DNA of 64,000 nucleotides from Candidatus Levyibacteriota bacterium (GCA_963722305.1 CAVRKE010000001.1:12312-76311), one strand, 5' to 3'. Counted from the stretch's first letter, positions 9,788-19,832 are shown. Made by a program: numbers and translations. Notes: generated by a model from the letters alone, not told the origin.

Positions 9788-11074
9788 ATGTCTCCTCAGG
9801 ATTTGGAAAAGATTTTAGATAAGGATGAGCAGGACTTTGTTTATCCGCGCTATGACGGTTATTCTCTTTATAACGTTGTCCCGACGATATTTAAGCTTTT
9901 CGGGCTTAATAGCGAAAGGAAAACATTACCGGAAAAGATTTGGAAAAAATATATCAGTGGTAATCAAAAAATAGTCTTATTTTTGACCGATGGGTTTGGC
10001 TATAACCAGGCCAAAGAGATAAAAGAGCAGCCGGTTTTACTAAAAAAACTTTTTAACAGTAACAGCTTTTTTCCGATTACCTCGGTTTTTCCGTCAACCA
10101 CCGCCGCATCTTTGGCAACCTTGTCAACCGGCTTAACGCCTCAAGAGCACGGACTTTTTGAATGGAATCTTTATTTTGAGGAGATAGACCAGATTATTCA
10201 AACGCTTCCTTTCTCCCACGTCGGCAAACAGGCAAAAGCAGACGAATTACTTAACGAAGGAGCTGTGCCAAGTATGCTTTTAGACAAGGAGACAATTTAT
10301 GAGCAGCTGGGGAGAATGGGAATAAACAGTTATATTTTTACGAGCGATTTCTTGGGTCACAGTGCTTACTCATCTGTATCCGCAAAAGGAGCAAATACGG
10401 TTACTTACCGATATTTTTCGGATTTGGTTGTGAGCCTTTTGGACATTCTGGAGAATACAGACGGTCCCAGTTTCTCATTTGTTTATTGGCATAATATTGA
10501 TGGTCAAGGGCATATTTATGGCCCGCAGTCCAAGCAATACGCTACGGAAGTACAAATCTTTTTTACCAATTTGCAAAAGTTCATTATCGAAAAAGTCAGT
10601 CCGAAAAATCTCGAAAACACACTTTTCTTGCTAACTTCCGACCACGGACAAACCACAATTTATCCCGACGAAACAATTTATTTAACTGATGATAATACGC
10701 TTGTTTCGGCCTTAAGCTTAAGCAGAAACGGTAAGCCAATCCTTCCTTACGGAAATCCAAGGGACGTTTTTCTTAATGTGGAAGAGGAGAAAATAGAAGA
10801 AATAATTTTGTATTTAAAGCAAAAGTATAGTAAGTTTACTTCGGTTTTTAAGACAGAAGACATGATTAAAAAGGGTTTGTTTGGAATAGGCAGCCCTAGC
10901 GACAGATTTTTGCAAAGGGTTGGGAATGTGTTGCTTTTGCCCAGCAAAAATAACACAGTGTGGTATGAATATATTAAAGGCGAAAAAGTAGTATTTAAAG
11001 GGAATCATGGTGGGTTATCAAGTAACGAGATGCTAATTCCTTTTGCAATAGCCAGGTTTAGTGAGTTGATATGA
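9788..11074 (+). CDS. Alkaline-phosphatase-superfamily protein (type I phosphodiesterase/nucleotide pyrophosphatase-like), soluble
   Basis: 'LFLTDGFGYNQ', 'FPSTTAASLATLSTGLTPQEHGLFEWN' and 'LLTSDHGQT' match the metal-binding and Ser/Thr-nucleophile motifs of the Phosphodiest family. No TM segments. The start is taken at ATG 9788, immediately after the upstream stop. Confidence 0.6.
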   Translation: MSPQDLEKILDKDEQDFVYPRYDGYSLYNVVPTIFKLFGLNSERKTLPEKIWKKYISGNQKIVLFLTDGFGYNQAKEIKEQPVLLKKLFNSNSFFPITSVFPSTTAASLATLSTGLTPQEHGLFEWNLYFEEIDQIIQTLPFSHVGKQAKADELLNEGAVPSMLLDKETIYEQLGRMGINSYIFTSDFLGHSAYSSVSAKGANTVTYRYFSDLVVSLLDILENTDGPSFSFVYWHNIDGQGHIYGPQSKQYATEVQIFFTNLQKFIIEKVSPKNLENTLFLLTSDHGQTTIYPDETIYLTDDNTLVSALSLSRNGKPILPYGNPRDVFLNVEEEKIEEIILYLKQKYSKFTSVFKTEDMIKKGLFGIGSPSDRFLQRVGNVLLLPSKNNTVWYEYIKGEKVVFKGNHGGLSSNEMLIPFAIARFSELI

Positions 11075-11829
11075 GTAAGCTTTCAGGGATAATTATCGCT
11101 AAAAACGAAGAAGAGATGATTGGGGAGGCTTTGGATAGCTTGGCTTTTTGTGATGAAATTATTGTGGTGGATAACGGCTCAACAGACAAAACCAAACAAA
11201 TAGCGGAAAAAGCAGGTGCAAAAATTTATGAAATAGAAACAAATGATTTTTCCGAGCTTCGGAATTTGGGTTTAGAAAAAGCCACAGGGGACTGGATTTT
11301 ATATCTGGATGCCGACGAGAGAATAAATGACGCCTTAAAAGAGTCAATTAAAAAAAATATTTCAAGTGAAACCAAATATTCTGCATTTCTAACCAAAAGA
11401 AAAAATTATTACCTGGGAAATCACGAATGGCCGTATGTGGAGAAAATGGAAAAATTGTTTAAAAAAGATAAGTTAAAGGCATGGAAAGGAAGACTGCATG
11501 AGAGTCCGGTCTTTGAAGGCGAAGTCGGGACGCTTGATGGATATATCTTGCATTTTACCCACCGAGACCTTGAAAGCATGCTAAATAAGACAATTGAATG
11601 GTCAACGACCGAAGCAATTTTAAGGTACAACAGCGGTCATCCCAAAATAACCTGGTGGAGATTCCCAAGAGTAATGATTACAGCATTTGTGAATTCTTAT
11701 ATTAAACAAAGGGGGTATAAGGCGGGGGCAGTCGGGTTAATCGAAAGTATCTACCAGTCATTTAGCATGTTTGTGACCTACGCCAAACTTTGGGAACTGC
11801 AAAGACTGAATGAGATTAAGAAGAAATGA
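11071..11829 (+). CDS. GT2 glycosyltransferase (WaaE/KdtX-like)
   Basis: 'IIAKNEEEMIGEALDSLAFCDEIIVVDNGSTDKTKQIA' and 'LYLDADER'. Confidence 0.8.
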   Translation: MSKLSGIIIAKNEEEMIGEALDSLAFCDEIIVVDNGSTDKTKQIAEKAGAKIYEIETNDFSELRNLGLEKATGDWILYLDADERINDALKESIKKNISSETKYSAFLTKRKNYYLGNHEWPYVEKMEKLFKKDKLKAWKGRLHESPVFEGEVGTLDGYILHFTHRDLESMLNKTIEWSTTEAILRYNSGHPKITWWRFPRVMITAFVNSYIKQRGYKAGAVGLIESIYQSFSMFVTYAKLWELQRLNEIKKK

Positions 11830-11831
11830 GG

Positions 11832-12059
11832 CTATTTTTTTCCCCAGAACTTTAATTCCTTTAAGCTTAACTTTTTCTTCGCAAAGAAAAATAGGTAAAC
11901 AATTTCAAGAATACCGACAGTATTTAAGATAAGAATGGCGATGAACCAATTCCTCTGTTCAAGCTTGGCGGACCGCCAAAGAGCAATTCCTTTCCAGGCA
12001 ATCGACCAGACATACAAAACAAGCAGGGCAATAGTTGGAATTTGATTTAATGAATTCAT
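11832..12059 (-). CDS. Small 2-TM membrane protein of unknown function
   Basis: About 75 aa with two hydrophobic helices ('IPTIALLVLYVWSIAWKGIALW' and 'WFIAILILNTVGILEIVYLFFF'). It is the only minus-strand gene in the first 43 kb. A near-consensus promoter lies directly upstream. Confidence 0.45.
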   Translation of the reverse strand: MNSLNQIPTIALLVLYVWSIAWKGIALWRSAKLEQRNWFIAILILNTVGILEIVYLFFFAKKKLSLKELKFWGKK

Positions 12060-12066
12060 CAATAAA

Positions 12067-12095
12067 ATTATATCTTGTTCGGCTGTTCAATGCAA
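12067..12095 (-). promoter_or_regulatory. Sigma70-like promoter (TTGCAT-17-TATAAT) for the small minus-strand gene; leaderless-like
   Basis: On the minus strand, TTGCAT (+ strand 12090-12095), a 17-nt spacer and TATAAT (+ strand 12067-12072). The start codon lies about 7 nt downstream of the -10 element. Confidence 0.4.
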
Positions 12096-12124
12096 GTAAG
12101 ACTAAAACTTGCTAGAATAAAGAG

Positions 12125-13198
12125 GTGAGAGTTGGTATCTTTGATCCATATCTTGACGATCTCGGCGGGGGAGAAAAGTATATGCTGACAATTGCCGAGT
12201 GTCTTTCGGAGGATAATTTAGTCGATGTTTTTTGGGACAATGAAGATGATCTGCAAGCACTTTTGGAACGTTTTCCTCTAAATCTTTTTAAAGTTAATCT
12301 TGTTCACAATATTTTTTCAGCAAGAACGTCAACCTTAACAAGACTAATCGAAACCAAAAAATACGACGTAATTATTTTTCTAAGTGATGGCAGTTTGCCG
12401 TTGGTTTTAGCAAAAAAGCTGTTCGTGCATATCCAGCAGCCTTTAACAACAATGCAGACCAGCGGTTCAATTATTAACAAGATAAAAATTGACAGAGTAA
12501 ATGGTTTTTTCTGCAATTCCGAGTTTACGAAATCGTTTATCGACAAACGGTTTCATCTAAAAACCACGATTCTGTATCCACCGGTTGTCCTGTCTCCTAA
12601 AAAGGTAGAAAAAGAAAATATTATTTTGCATGTTGGCAGGTTTAGAATAAAAAATATTAAAAACGACGATTATAAAAAGCAGGCAGTGATGCTTAATGCT
12701 TTCAAGAGCATGGTTAAGAATGGTCTTAAGGATTGGAAGTTTGTTTTGGCGGTAAGTATTCAGGAAAAAGATAAAGACGCGTTTGAAAGTATGAAAAAAA
12801 GTGCTGTCGGATTTCCGATAGAATTCCTGGTTAACAAAAATAACGACCAGCTTTGGGATATTTATTCTAAAGCAAAAATTTACTGGCATGCTTCAGGTTT
12901 TGGGGAAGACCTGGTTGCTTATCCGGAGTTTGCTGAGCATTTTGGAATTTCCACAGTTGAAGCCATGGGAGCGGGGGCTGTGCCGGTGGTAATTAACGCG
13001 GGAGGGCAAAGAGAAATTGTCAACGAGGGCATAAATGGTTTTTTTTGGGATACAATTGAAGAGCTTAAGGCAAAAACTTTAAGATTAGTCAATGATGATA
13101 TGTTGCTTAACAAGCTCTCGGAAAAAGCAAGGCAATCCGCACAGGGATTTAGTAAAGAAAAATTTTGTCAGGCAGTTAACAGTTTAATTTCTCAATGA
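12125..13198 (+). CDS. GT4 glycosyltransferase
   Basis: 'EFAEHFGISTVEAMGAGAVPVVINAGGQREIV' (E-x7-E). N-terminal Gly-rich 'DDLGGGEKY'. GTG start at 12125. Confidence 0.75.
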   Translation: MRVGIFDPYLDDLGGGEKYMLTIAECLSEDNLVDVFWDNEDDLQALLERFPLNLFKVNLVHNIFSARTSTLTRLIETKKYDVIIFLSDGSLPLVLAKKLFVHIQQPLTTMQTSGSIINKIKIDRVNGFFCNSEFTKSFIDKRFHLKTTILYPPVVLSPKKVEKENIILHVGRFRIKNIKNDDYKKQAVMLNAFKSMVKNGLKDWKFVLAVSIQEKDKDAFESMKKSAVGFPIEFLVNKNNDQLWDIYSKAKIYWHASGFGEDLVAYPEFAEHFGISTVEAMGAGAVPVVINAGGQREIVNEGINGFFWDTIEELKAKTLRLVNDDMLLNKLSEKARQSAQGFSKEKFCQAVNSLISQ

Positions 13199-15486
13199 AA
13201 AAGTTATTACCGCTTATTTTGATTGGTGGAGTAATTCTAATTTTCTTTTGGCAGTTTCTGCTGAAAGGTTTTTTGCCTATCCCATCGGACACAATCGTCG
13301 GACTTTACTATCCATTTCGGGATGTCTATTTTCAGACCAATCCAAATGGGCTTCCCTACAAAAATTTTTTAATTACCGATCCCGTCCGGCAACAAATTCC
13401 CTGGAAGAATTTGGTGGTTGAGGCGGAAAAAAGACTGACTCTTCCGCTTTGGAATCCCTATAATTTTGCCGGTACACCACTTCTGGCCAATTTCCAGTCG
13501 GCGGCTTTTTATCCTTTAAATCTTCTATTTTATTTTCTGCCTTTTGAGCTTTCCTGGAGTTTGCTTATCCTTCTTCAGCCGCTTCTTGCAGGTATATTTT
13601 TGTACTTATATCTTAGAAACTTAAAGCTTAAAAAAATAGCCAGCGTTTTTGGCGCAATTTCGTTTTCACTCTGCGGATTTTTTGTTGCTTGGCTGGAGTG
13701 GGGGACAATACTGAATACTGCTCTCTGGCTGCCCTTGATTTTGCTCTCAATCGATAAGATTTTCCAAATCAAAAATAATAAATCTCCTTCGACCCTGAGC
13801 TCAGGACCGAAGGGAAAAATCAAAAATCTTCTTTGGCCGTTGGTTTTCATTTTATCCTTAGTCTGTGCTTTTTTTGCCGGACATTTACAGACGTTTTTCT
13901 ATCTGGCCGTGATTGTTCTAGCTTATTTTCTGGCACGTTGGTTTCAACATCGGTCGGAAATTAAATCCCTGCTGTTGTTTATTGTTATTTGCTTTGTGCT
14001 TATTTTATTAGTTTTGCCCCAGCTGATTCCGACACTTCAGTTTATTGCTCTTTCAGCCAGAAATCTCGACTTTCCTGCTTGGCAAACAAACCCGGGTTGG
14101 TTTATTCCCTGGCAAAATTTAATTCAATTCTTGGCTCCGGACTTTTTTGGCAATCCCGCGACCTTGAATTATTACGGAATTTGGAATTACGGAGAGTTTA
14201 GCGGTTACATCGGAATTTTGCCCTTGGTAATGGCTTTTTTCGCCCTTTTTTTCCGGAAAGATAAAAAAACGTTGTTTTTTGGTTCGGCTTTTTTTGTCTC
14301 GCTTTTATTTGCGCTGCCGACTATTTTTGCCAAACTTCCGTTTCAGTTTAATCTGCCTTTCATTGCTACCGCTCAGCCTACGAGGCTTCTCTTCATTACG
14401 GATTTTTCCTTAAGCGTATTGGCGGCTTTTGGTTTAGATTACTTTTTGCTTTCAAAGAACAGGAAATATATTTTGCCGATTCTGATAATTTTTGGTCTGG
14501 GTTTTGTCGGCCTTTGGAGTTTTGTTTTAAGATTTGACGCAGAGATTTTATCCCCGGTAAATTTGACAGTTGCCAAACAAAATTTAATATTACCAACATT
14601 AATCTTTATTCTAATTTCGATCCTGATTCTAATTGTGGTTTTTTACCAAAGAAACGAAAAGCTTTCAAAACTACTGTTCGGAATATTGGTTTTAATTACA
14701 ATTGGAGAGCTTTTAAGATTTGGTTGGAAGTTTGAGCCGTTTACCAATCAAGCCTATTTTTTCCCCTCAACTTCGGTAATGGCCTTTTTACAAAAGCAGG
14801 AACAGCCGTTCAGAATTATGGCAACGGATTCAAGAATTCTTCCCCCTAATTTTTCGTCCAGCTATAAATTGCAAACTCTTGACGGTTACGATCCTTTATA
14901 TCTGCAAAGGTTCGGAGAGTTGATGGCAGCCTTAAAAAGAGACAGACCGGATATTACACCGCCGTTTGGCTTTAACAGAATAATTACTCCGCAGGATCCT
15001 TCATTAAAGATAATCGATTTGCTGGGAGTTAAATATGTGCTAAGCTTGGATAAGCTTAGCAGTCCAAAGCTCAAGCCCGTTTTTACAGACGGCTTTGTGC
15101 AAGTTTATGAAAATCAGGAGGCCTTTCCCCGTGCTTTTTTTGTCAAGCATACGCTAATAGCAGATTCAAATCAGCAGGCAATCGACAAACTTTTCAGTTC
15201 GGAAAATATTTTGCATGATACCGCGGTGGTAGAAAATGTGCAAAATTTCAAAGCCAATTGGAGCTTGGGGCAAGCAAGGATCATAAAGTATGAGCCAAAT
15301 ATAATTGACATCCAAACAACTAACGCCGGCGAAGGGTTTTTGGTTTTAACCGATAGTTTCTATCCAACCTGGCATGCAACCATCGACGGAAGGGAAGCTA
15401 CTATTTATCTGACTGATTATAATTTTAGAGGAATAATTATTCCAAAGGGGAAACATCTTGTCGAATTTTATGATACCCTTTTTTAA
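13195..15486 (+). CDS. YfhO-family-like GT-C membrane glycosyltransferase
   Basis: 763 aa and polytopic. N-terminal 'LWNPYNFAGTPLLANFQSAAFYPLNLLFY'. C-terminal 'FYPTWHATIDGREATIYLTDYNFRGIIIPKGKHLVEF' matches the YfhO C-terminal signature. Confidence 0.65.
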   Translation: MKKLLPLILIGGVILIFFWQFLLKGFLPIPSDTIVGLYYPFRDVYFQTNPNGLPYKNFLITDPVRQQIPWKNLVVEAEKRLTLPLWNPYNFAGTPLLANFQSAAFYPLNLLFYFLPFELSWSLLILLQPLLAGIFLYLYLRNLKLKKIASVFGAISFSLCGFFVAWLEWGTILNTALWLPLILLSIDKIFQIKNNKSPSTLSSGPKGKIKNLLWPLVFILSLVCAFFAGHLQTFFYLAVIVLAYFLARWFQHRSEIKSLLLFIVICFVLILLVLPQLIPTLQFIALSARNLDFPAWQTNPGWFIPWQNLIQFLAPDFFGNPATLNYYGIWNYGEFSGYIGILPLVMAFFALFFRKDKKTLFFGSAFFVSLLFALPTIFAKLPFQFNLPFIATAQPTRLLFITDFSLSVLAAFGLDYFLLSKNRKYILPILIIFGLGFVGLWSFVLRFDAEILSPVNLTVAKQNLILPTLIFILISILILIVVFYQRNEKLSKLLFGILVLITIGELLRFGWKFEPFTNQAYFFPSTSVMAFLQKQEQPFRIMATDSRILPPNFSSSYKLQTLDGYDPLYLQRFGELMAALKRDRPDITPPFGFNRIITPQDPSLKIIDLLGVKYVLSLDKLSSPKLKPVFTDGFVQVYENQEAFPRAFFVKHTLIADSNQQAIDKLFSSENILHDTAVVENVQNFKANWSLGQARIIKYEPNIIDIQTTNAGEGFLVLTDSFYPTWHATIDGREATIYLTDYNFRGIIIPKGKHLVEFYDTLF

Positions 15487-15487
15487 G

Positions 15488-16423
15488 ATGAAAATAAGTA
15501 TTGTTATCCCAAATTATAACGGGGAGGCACTGCTCAAGAATAACTTGCCAAAAGTTTGCGAAGAGCTAGAGACTCTCAGAGCAGAAGAATTCGAAATAAT
15601 TGTCATAGATGACGCGTCTTCGGATGAAAGCTTGTCACTACTTAAAAAACTGGCGGAAAAATATAGAAACCTAAAAATTTTCAGTAATGAAAAAAACCTA
15701 GGGTTTTCTCCAACTATCAATAAAGGTGTAAAGGCGGCCGGCGGGGAGATAATAATTCTTTTAAACACCGATATTTATCCGGAAAAAGGCTTTCTGGAAC
15801 CGTTACTGGTTCATTTCGCAGAAGACGAAAAAGTTTTTGCCGTGGGCTGTCTTGATAAAAGCATTGAAGGAGAAAAAACAGTTTTAAGAGGACGAGGTTT
15901 GGGTGAATGGAAAAGGGGTTTTCTTGTCCACCGACGCGGCGAAGTTGATAAAACCGACACGCTTTGGGTAAGCGGAGGAAGCGGTGCGTTCAAAAAGTCA
16001 ATCTGGGACAAGCTTTCGGGGTTTAATGAGCTGTTTACGCCTTTTTATTGGGAGGACATCGATATTTCCTACCGGGCTTTAAAATTGGGTTACACTGTCG
16101 CATTTGAGCCCAAAAGTGTCGTTGTGCACGAACACGAAAAGGGAGCAATCAAAAACAAATATTCCCCTTCCCAAGTAAAAACGATTGCTTACAAAAACCA
16201 ATTTATTTTTGTTTGGAGCAACGCGGACTCAAATCTGATTTTTGTTCATCTGCTGTGGCTACCATACCATTTTGCCAAAGCCTTGCTAAGATTTGACTGG
16301 CTATTTTTCGTAGGTTTCTTCAGGGCTTTTATTTTACTGCCAAAAATTATAAAATCAAGGGCAAAATCTCAACCCCTTTTTGTCAAAACAGATAGCCAGG
16401 TTATCGATGAACTAGGTAAATAA
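15488..16423 (+). CDS. GT2 glycosyltransferase
   Basis: 'ISIVIPNYNGEALL', 'IIVIDDASSDESL', 'LNTDIYPE' and 'YWEDIDISYRA'. The start is taken at ATG 15488, one nt after the upstream stop. Confidence 0.8.
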   Translation: MKISIVIPNYNGEALLKNNLPKVCEELETLRAEEFEIIVIDDASSDESLSLLKKLAEKYRNLKIFSNEKNLGFSPTINKGVKAAGGEIIILLNTDIYPEKGFLEPLLVHFAEDEKVFAVGCLDKSIEGEKTVLRGRGLGEWKRGFLVHRRGEVDKTDTLWVSGGSGAFKKSIWDKLSGFNELFTPFYWEDIDISYRALKLGYTVAFEPKSVVVHEHEKGAIKNKYSPSQVKTIAYKNQFIFVWSNADSNLIFVHLLWLPYHFAKALLRFDWLFFVGFFRAFILLPKIIKSRAKSQPLFVKTDSQVIDELGK

Positions 16424-16424
16424 A

Positions 16425-18395
16425 ATGAACATCCTAAGCGTCTCTTTCTGGTTTTACTTTGCATATTTTTGGTTAACAGTCTTTATTGCATTTTACATAC
16501 CTGGCATTTTTTTTATAAAGAGGTTCAACTTAACTACATTTCAAAATTTTGTCTTGGGGACAATTGTCGGAATGGTTTTTTGGGGTGTCCAAGGATTTAT
16601 TTTTGGTTATCTTAACCTCAGGCTCCTTTCGTATATTTACTTGTTGTTTTTTCTATTAGCCTGGTTTAGGACAAAACCAAAACTGCCTAAAATACACATC
16701 GCAAGAAAGAAATTTGACCTATTATTAATTATAATAATTACAGTTGGAGTTTTTATCCAACTTACTTCTGTTTGGTTTACCGGCGTAATGACAAAAAACG
16801 GATTATATTTTTGTTGCGGTTCCCAAATGGACAACATTTTGCAGATATCAATTACAGATCAAATTGTAAAAAATTTTCCACCGCTAGAACCCGGGATGTA
16901 TCCGGTTGTTATGCAAAATTACCATTATTGGGATAGTCTGGTGATGGGAGAGTTGATTAGAGTTTTTAAATTACCACTGATAGCGACAGATTATCAGTAT
17001 ATGACTATTCTTCTTTCTTTGTTTTTGGGTTTGTCGGCAATAGTCTTTTCACAAGTGTTAAGGCTTAAAAAAACCTTTATGCGTTGGCTGATCTTTTTTC
17101 TTTATTTTGGTGGAGATTTTATTTGGATACTAATAGCAATTTTCCGAGGAAAAGATTTTTTTGGGATGACTCCCATGGAAAGCGGCCAGCAGTTTCTAGA
17201 AAATATTCCAAGAGCAACAGCCGTTTTGGTCTTTTTTTCATTTGCCTCAATTTTTACGTTATGGATTAAAAGAAAAGATAGGTGGAGTGGATTTCTAATG
17301 GCAGTTACTGCGGCAACTTTACTTGGATTTAAGATCTATTTAGGAATTTTTGTCTTCTGCGGACTATTTGTATTGGCGCTTTATTATTTTATCAAAAAAA
17401 AATATTCGCTGTTAAGCCCGATCGTTTTTGCAATAATTTTAGGGTTAGTAATATACTTACCGGTTAATTCGGGGGCAGGGGGGTTGTTCTTTACCGGAAC
17501 ATGGCGATTTGAAAACTTTATAGTCCAACCTTTTTTCGGCACATTAAATCGGTTGGAGCTTGCTAGGGTAATATATTCACAACACCACAACATTTTAAGA
17601 GTTATAGAATACGAGTCGATATACGCATTGCTCTTTATATTTGCTATTTTTGGTACGAAGTTATTGGGGTTTTTCCAAAACAAAAAGTCCTTATCATTAT
17701 TGCCCAAAGAGTTAAATATACTATTAATTTCCGGTATTACCGTAAGTGCTGTTGCTGGTTTATTCTTTAATCAAACGACCGGAAACTCAAATACCTTCAA
17801 TTTTTTGGTGAATGTTTTCATCATTGGTTCAATCTACACAGCTCTTGCATGCTACTATTGGTTTGAAAAAAAACGTGGGATTTTGGTAAATTTTTTAATA
17901 CTTATAATAATTGTTCTGACTATCGCCAGACCACTGAATCAAACTTATAAAAACTTAAATTACCTTATTAACGGGACAGGCTTTTTAGTTTCAGATAACG
18001 AATTATCAGTAATAAATTTTCTTACTAAACAAAAAGACGATTCCAAGTTTGTGATAGTTGATCCTAAGATAACAATGAGTTTAAAGGCACCGTATCTTAG
18101 TTTTTTGACAGGAAAAAAAATATTTTTGTCAGGCCAAAGCGAGGAATTGGAAACTCATGGTGTAAATTTTTCAAGCAGGCAAAAAATACAGGATACTATT
18201 TTTTATGGATTAAATCCTGCTGCGGTCAGCGCTTATCTGCTTAAAAATAATATCGGATATATTTATATGCGCAGTGAAGATATGCTTACCAGTACAGATT
18301 CGGCAATGTTTTTCAATGAAATCATCAGCAATAAAGAGGTAAAAATATTAGAAGTGGATCCGGCTAAAGCAAAGTTATATTTAGAACAGCATTGA
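16425..18395 (+). CDS. Polytopic membrane protein 'family C' (putative GT-C/polymerase-like), paralog of 48017-49951
   Basis: 656 aa with more than 12 TM helices. Shared loop motif 'FPPLEPGMYPVVMQNYHYWDSLVMGELIRVFKLP' (compare 'FPPNEPGLFGIALINYHFWFHLVTAELIRVFHLP'). Confidence 0.5.
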   Translation: MNILSVSFWFYFAYFWLTVFIAFYIPGIFFIKRFNLTTFQNFVLGTIVGMVFWGVQGFIFGYLNLRLLSYIYLLFFLLAWFRTKPKLPKIHIARKKFDLLLIIIITVGVFIQLTSVWFTGVMTKNGLYFCCGSQMDNILQISITDQIVKNFPPLEPGMYPVVMQNYHYWDSLVMGELIRVFKLPLIATDYQYMTILLSLFLGLSAIVFSQVLRLKKTFMRWLIFFLYFGGDFIWILIAIFRGKDFFGMTPMESGQQFLENIPRATAVLVFFSFASIFTLWIKRKDRWSGFLMAVTAATLLGFKIYLGIFVFCGLFVLALYYFIKKKYSLLSPIVFAIILGLVIYLPVNSGAGGLFFTGTWRFENFIVQPFFGTLNRLELARVIYSQHHNILRVIEYESIYALLFIFAIFGTKLLGFFQNKKSLSLLPKELNILLISGITVSAVAGLFFNQTTGNSNTFNFLVNVFIIGSIYTALACYYWFEKKRGILVNFLILIIIVLTIARPLNQTYKNLNYLINGTGFLVSDNELSVINFLTKQKDDSKFVIVDPKITMSLKAPYLSFLTGKKIFLSGQSEELETHGVNFSSRQKIQDTIFYGLNPAAVSAYLLKNNIGYIYMRSEDMLTSTDSAMFFNEIISNKEVKILEVDPAKAKLYLEQH

Positions 18396-18433
18396 GGCTT
18401 TAATTTTCAAATAAAAAGTTATAAAATTGTTTA

Positions 18434-19144
18434 ATGAAATTGTCGATAATTATTCCGGTCTATAACGAAGAGAAAACAATCCTGGAAATTTTAGACCGGG
18501 TTATAAAAGAAGCAATCCCCGGAGTAGAAAAAGAAATTATTGTGGTTGACGATGGTTCTACGGATTTAACTCGCCAAAAATTAAAAACAATAAAAGGGGA
18601 TAATTTAAAGATAATTCTACATCAAAAAAACGGCGGGAAGGGGATGGCGGTCAGAACGGGAATTGAAAACGCCAGCGGCGAATACATTATTATTCAGGAT
18701 GCGGATTTGGAATACCATCCGAAATTTATAAAGAACTTAGTCCAGCCGATTCTTCAAAAACAGGCGGAGGTTGTCTACGGCACCAGACTTAACAGGTTAC
18801 CCCACCTTCAGGGGGAAGAAAAGAAAAATTTATTTATTCTTCATTATTTCGGTAACCGGTTTTTAAGTTTGGTAACCAGTCTTTTGTACGGTCAGTGGAT
18901 TACTGACATGGAAACCTGTTATAAGCTTTTTCCCAAAAAAGCTTTCGCAGGAGTAAAGCTTAACGCCAGGGGGTTTGAATTAGAACCGGAAATCACCGCA
19001 AAGCTCTTAAAACGAGGCTATAAAATTAAGGAAATTTCCATATCGGTTACTCCAAGAGGCTATAATGAAGGAAAGAAGCTGAATACCGCCAGAGATGGAC
19101 TAAAAGCGTTATGGTCTTTGGTCAAATACCGCTTCTCGGACTGA
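18434..19144 (+). CDS. GT2 glycosyltransferase, DPM1-like polyprenyl-phosphate sugar synthase type
   Basis: 'LSIIIPVYNEEKTI', 'IIVVDDGSTDLT' and 'IIQDADLEYHP'. Confidence 0.8.
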   Translation: MKLSIIIPVYNEEKTILEILDRVIKEAIPGVEKEIIVVDDGSTDLTRQKLKTIKGDNLKIILHQKNGGKGMAVRTGIENASGEYIIIQDADLEYHPKFIKNLVQPILQKQAEVVYGTRLNRLPHLQGEEKKNLFILHYFGNRFLSLVTSLLYGQWITDMETCYKLFPKKAFAGVKLNARGFELEPEITAKLLKRGYKIKEISISVTPRGYNEGKKLNTARDGLKALWSLVKYRFSD

Positions 19145-19223
19145 AAGTAAACAATGACAAAATTTTTTTTAACCTCAGCAAATTTTTGCTCAATTTCCAA
19201 AAAGATGTTAAGGAAAATGTTTT

Positions 19224-19832
19224 ATGAAGCAAGTAAAAATTAGTTTAACCAGAGGTTTTGGGCTACTGGAAAATTATTTAGCTAAGAGAAGAGCCGATAT
19301 GGCCAACAAATTGATGCGGGAAGACCATAAAAAGGGAAGAGTGCTTGATATCGGTTGCGGAACTTTTCCTTATTTTCTCGTATCTTCGGAGGCTAGGGAA
19401 AAGTACGGAATGGATCCGTCTCTCAATCTGGCTTTATTAAAAGGGCAAAAAAGTAAGATAATTCTCAAAAAAATAAAAGCCGGGGAAGGAAAATTACCGT
19501 TTGCAGATGGTTATTTTGATTCCGTCACCATGTTGGCTGTTTTTGAACACATCGAGAACGATAAGCTGCCAAGGCTTCTAGAAGAAATTAATAGAATTTT
19601 GCGGAAAGACGGGATCTTTATTATCACTACACCTGCTCCCTGGTCGGATAGGCCTCTGCATTACTTTGCCAACTTCGGGTTAATCAGTAAAGAGGAGATT
19701 CATGAACACAAACACAATTTGACACACAAAAAGATTAAAGAGTATCTTAAAGATGCGGGGTTTTCCAAAAGCAAGGTCAAGAATGGTTTTTTTGAGTTTT
19801 ATTTAAACATGTGGTTTAAAGCGGAGAAATGA
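19224..19832 (+). CDS. Class I SAM-dependent methyltransferase
   Basis: 'VLDIGCGTFPYF' (motif I) and 'FDSVTMLAVFEHIEND'. AAGGA Shine-Dalgarno 8 nt upstream. Confidence 0.8.
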   Translation: MKQVKISLTRGFGLLENYLAKRRADMANKLMREDHKKGRVLDIGCGTFPYFLVSSEAREKYGMDPSLNLALLKGQKSKIILKKIKAGEGKLPFADGYFDSVTMLAVFEHIENDKLPRLLEEINRILRKDGIFIITTPAPWSDRPLHYFANFGLISKEEIHEHKHNLTHKKIKEYLKDAGFSKSKVKNGFFEFYLNMWFKAEK

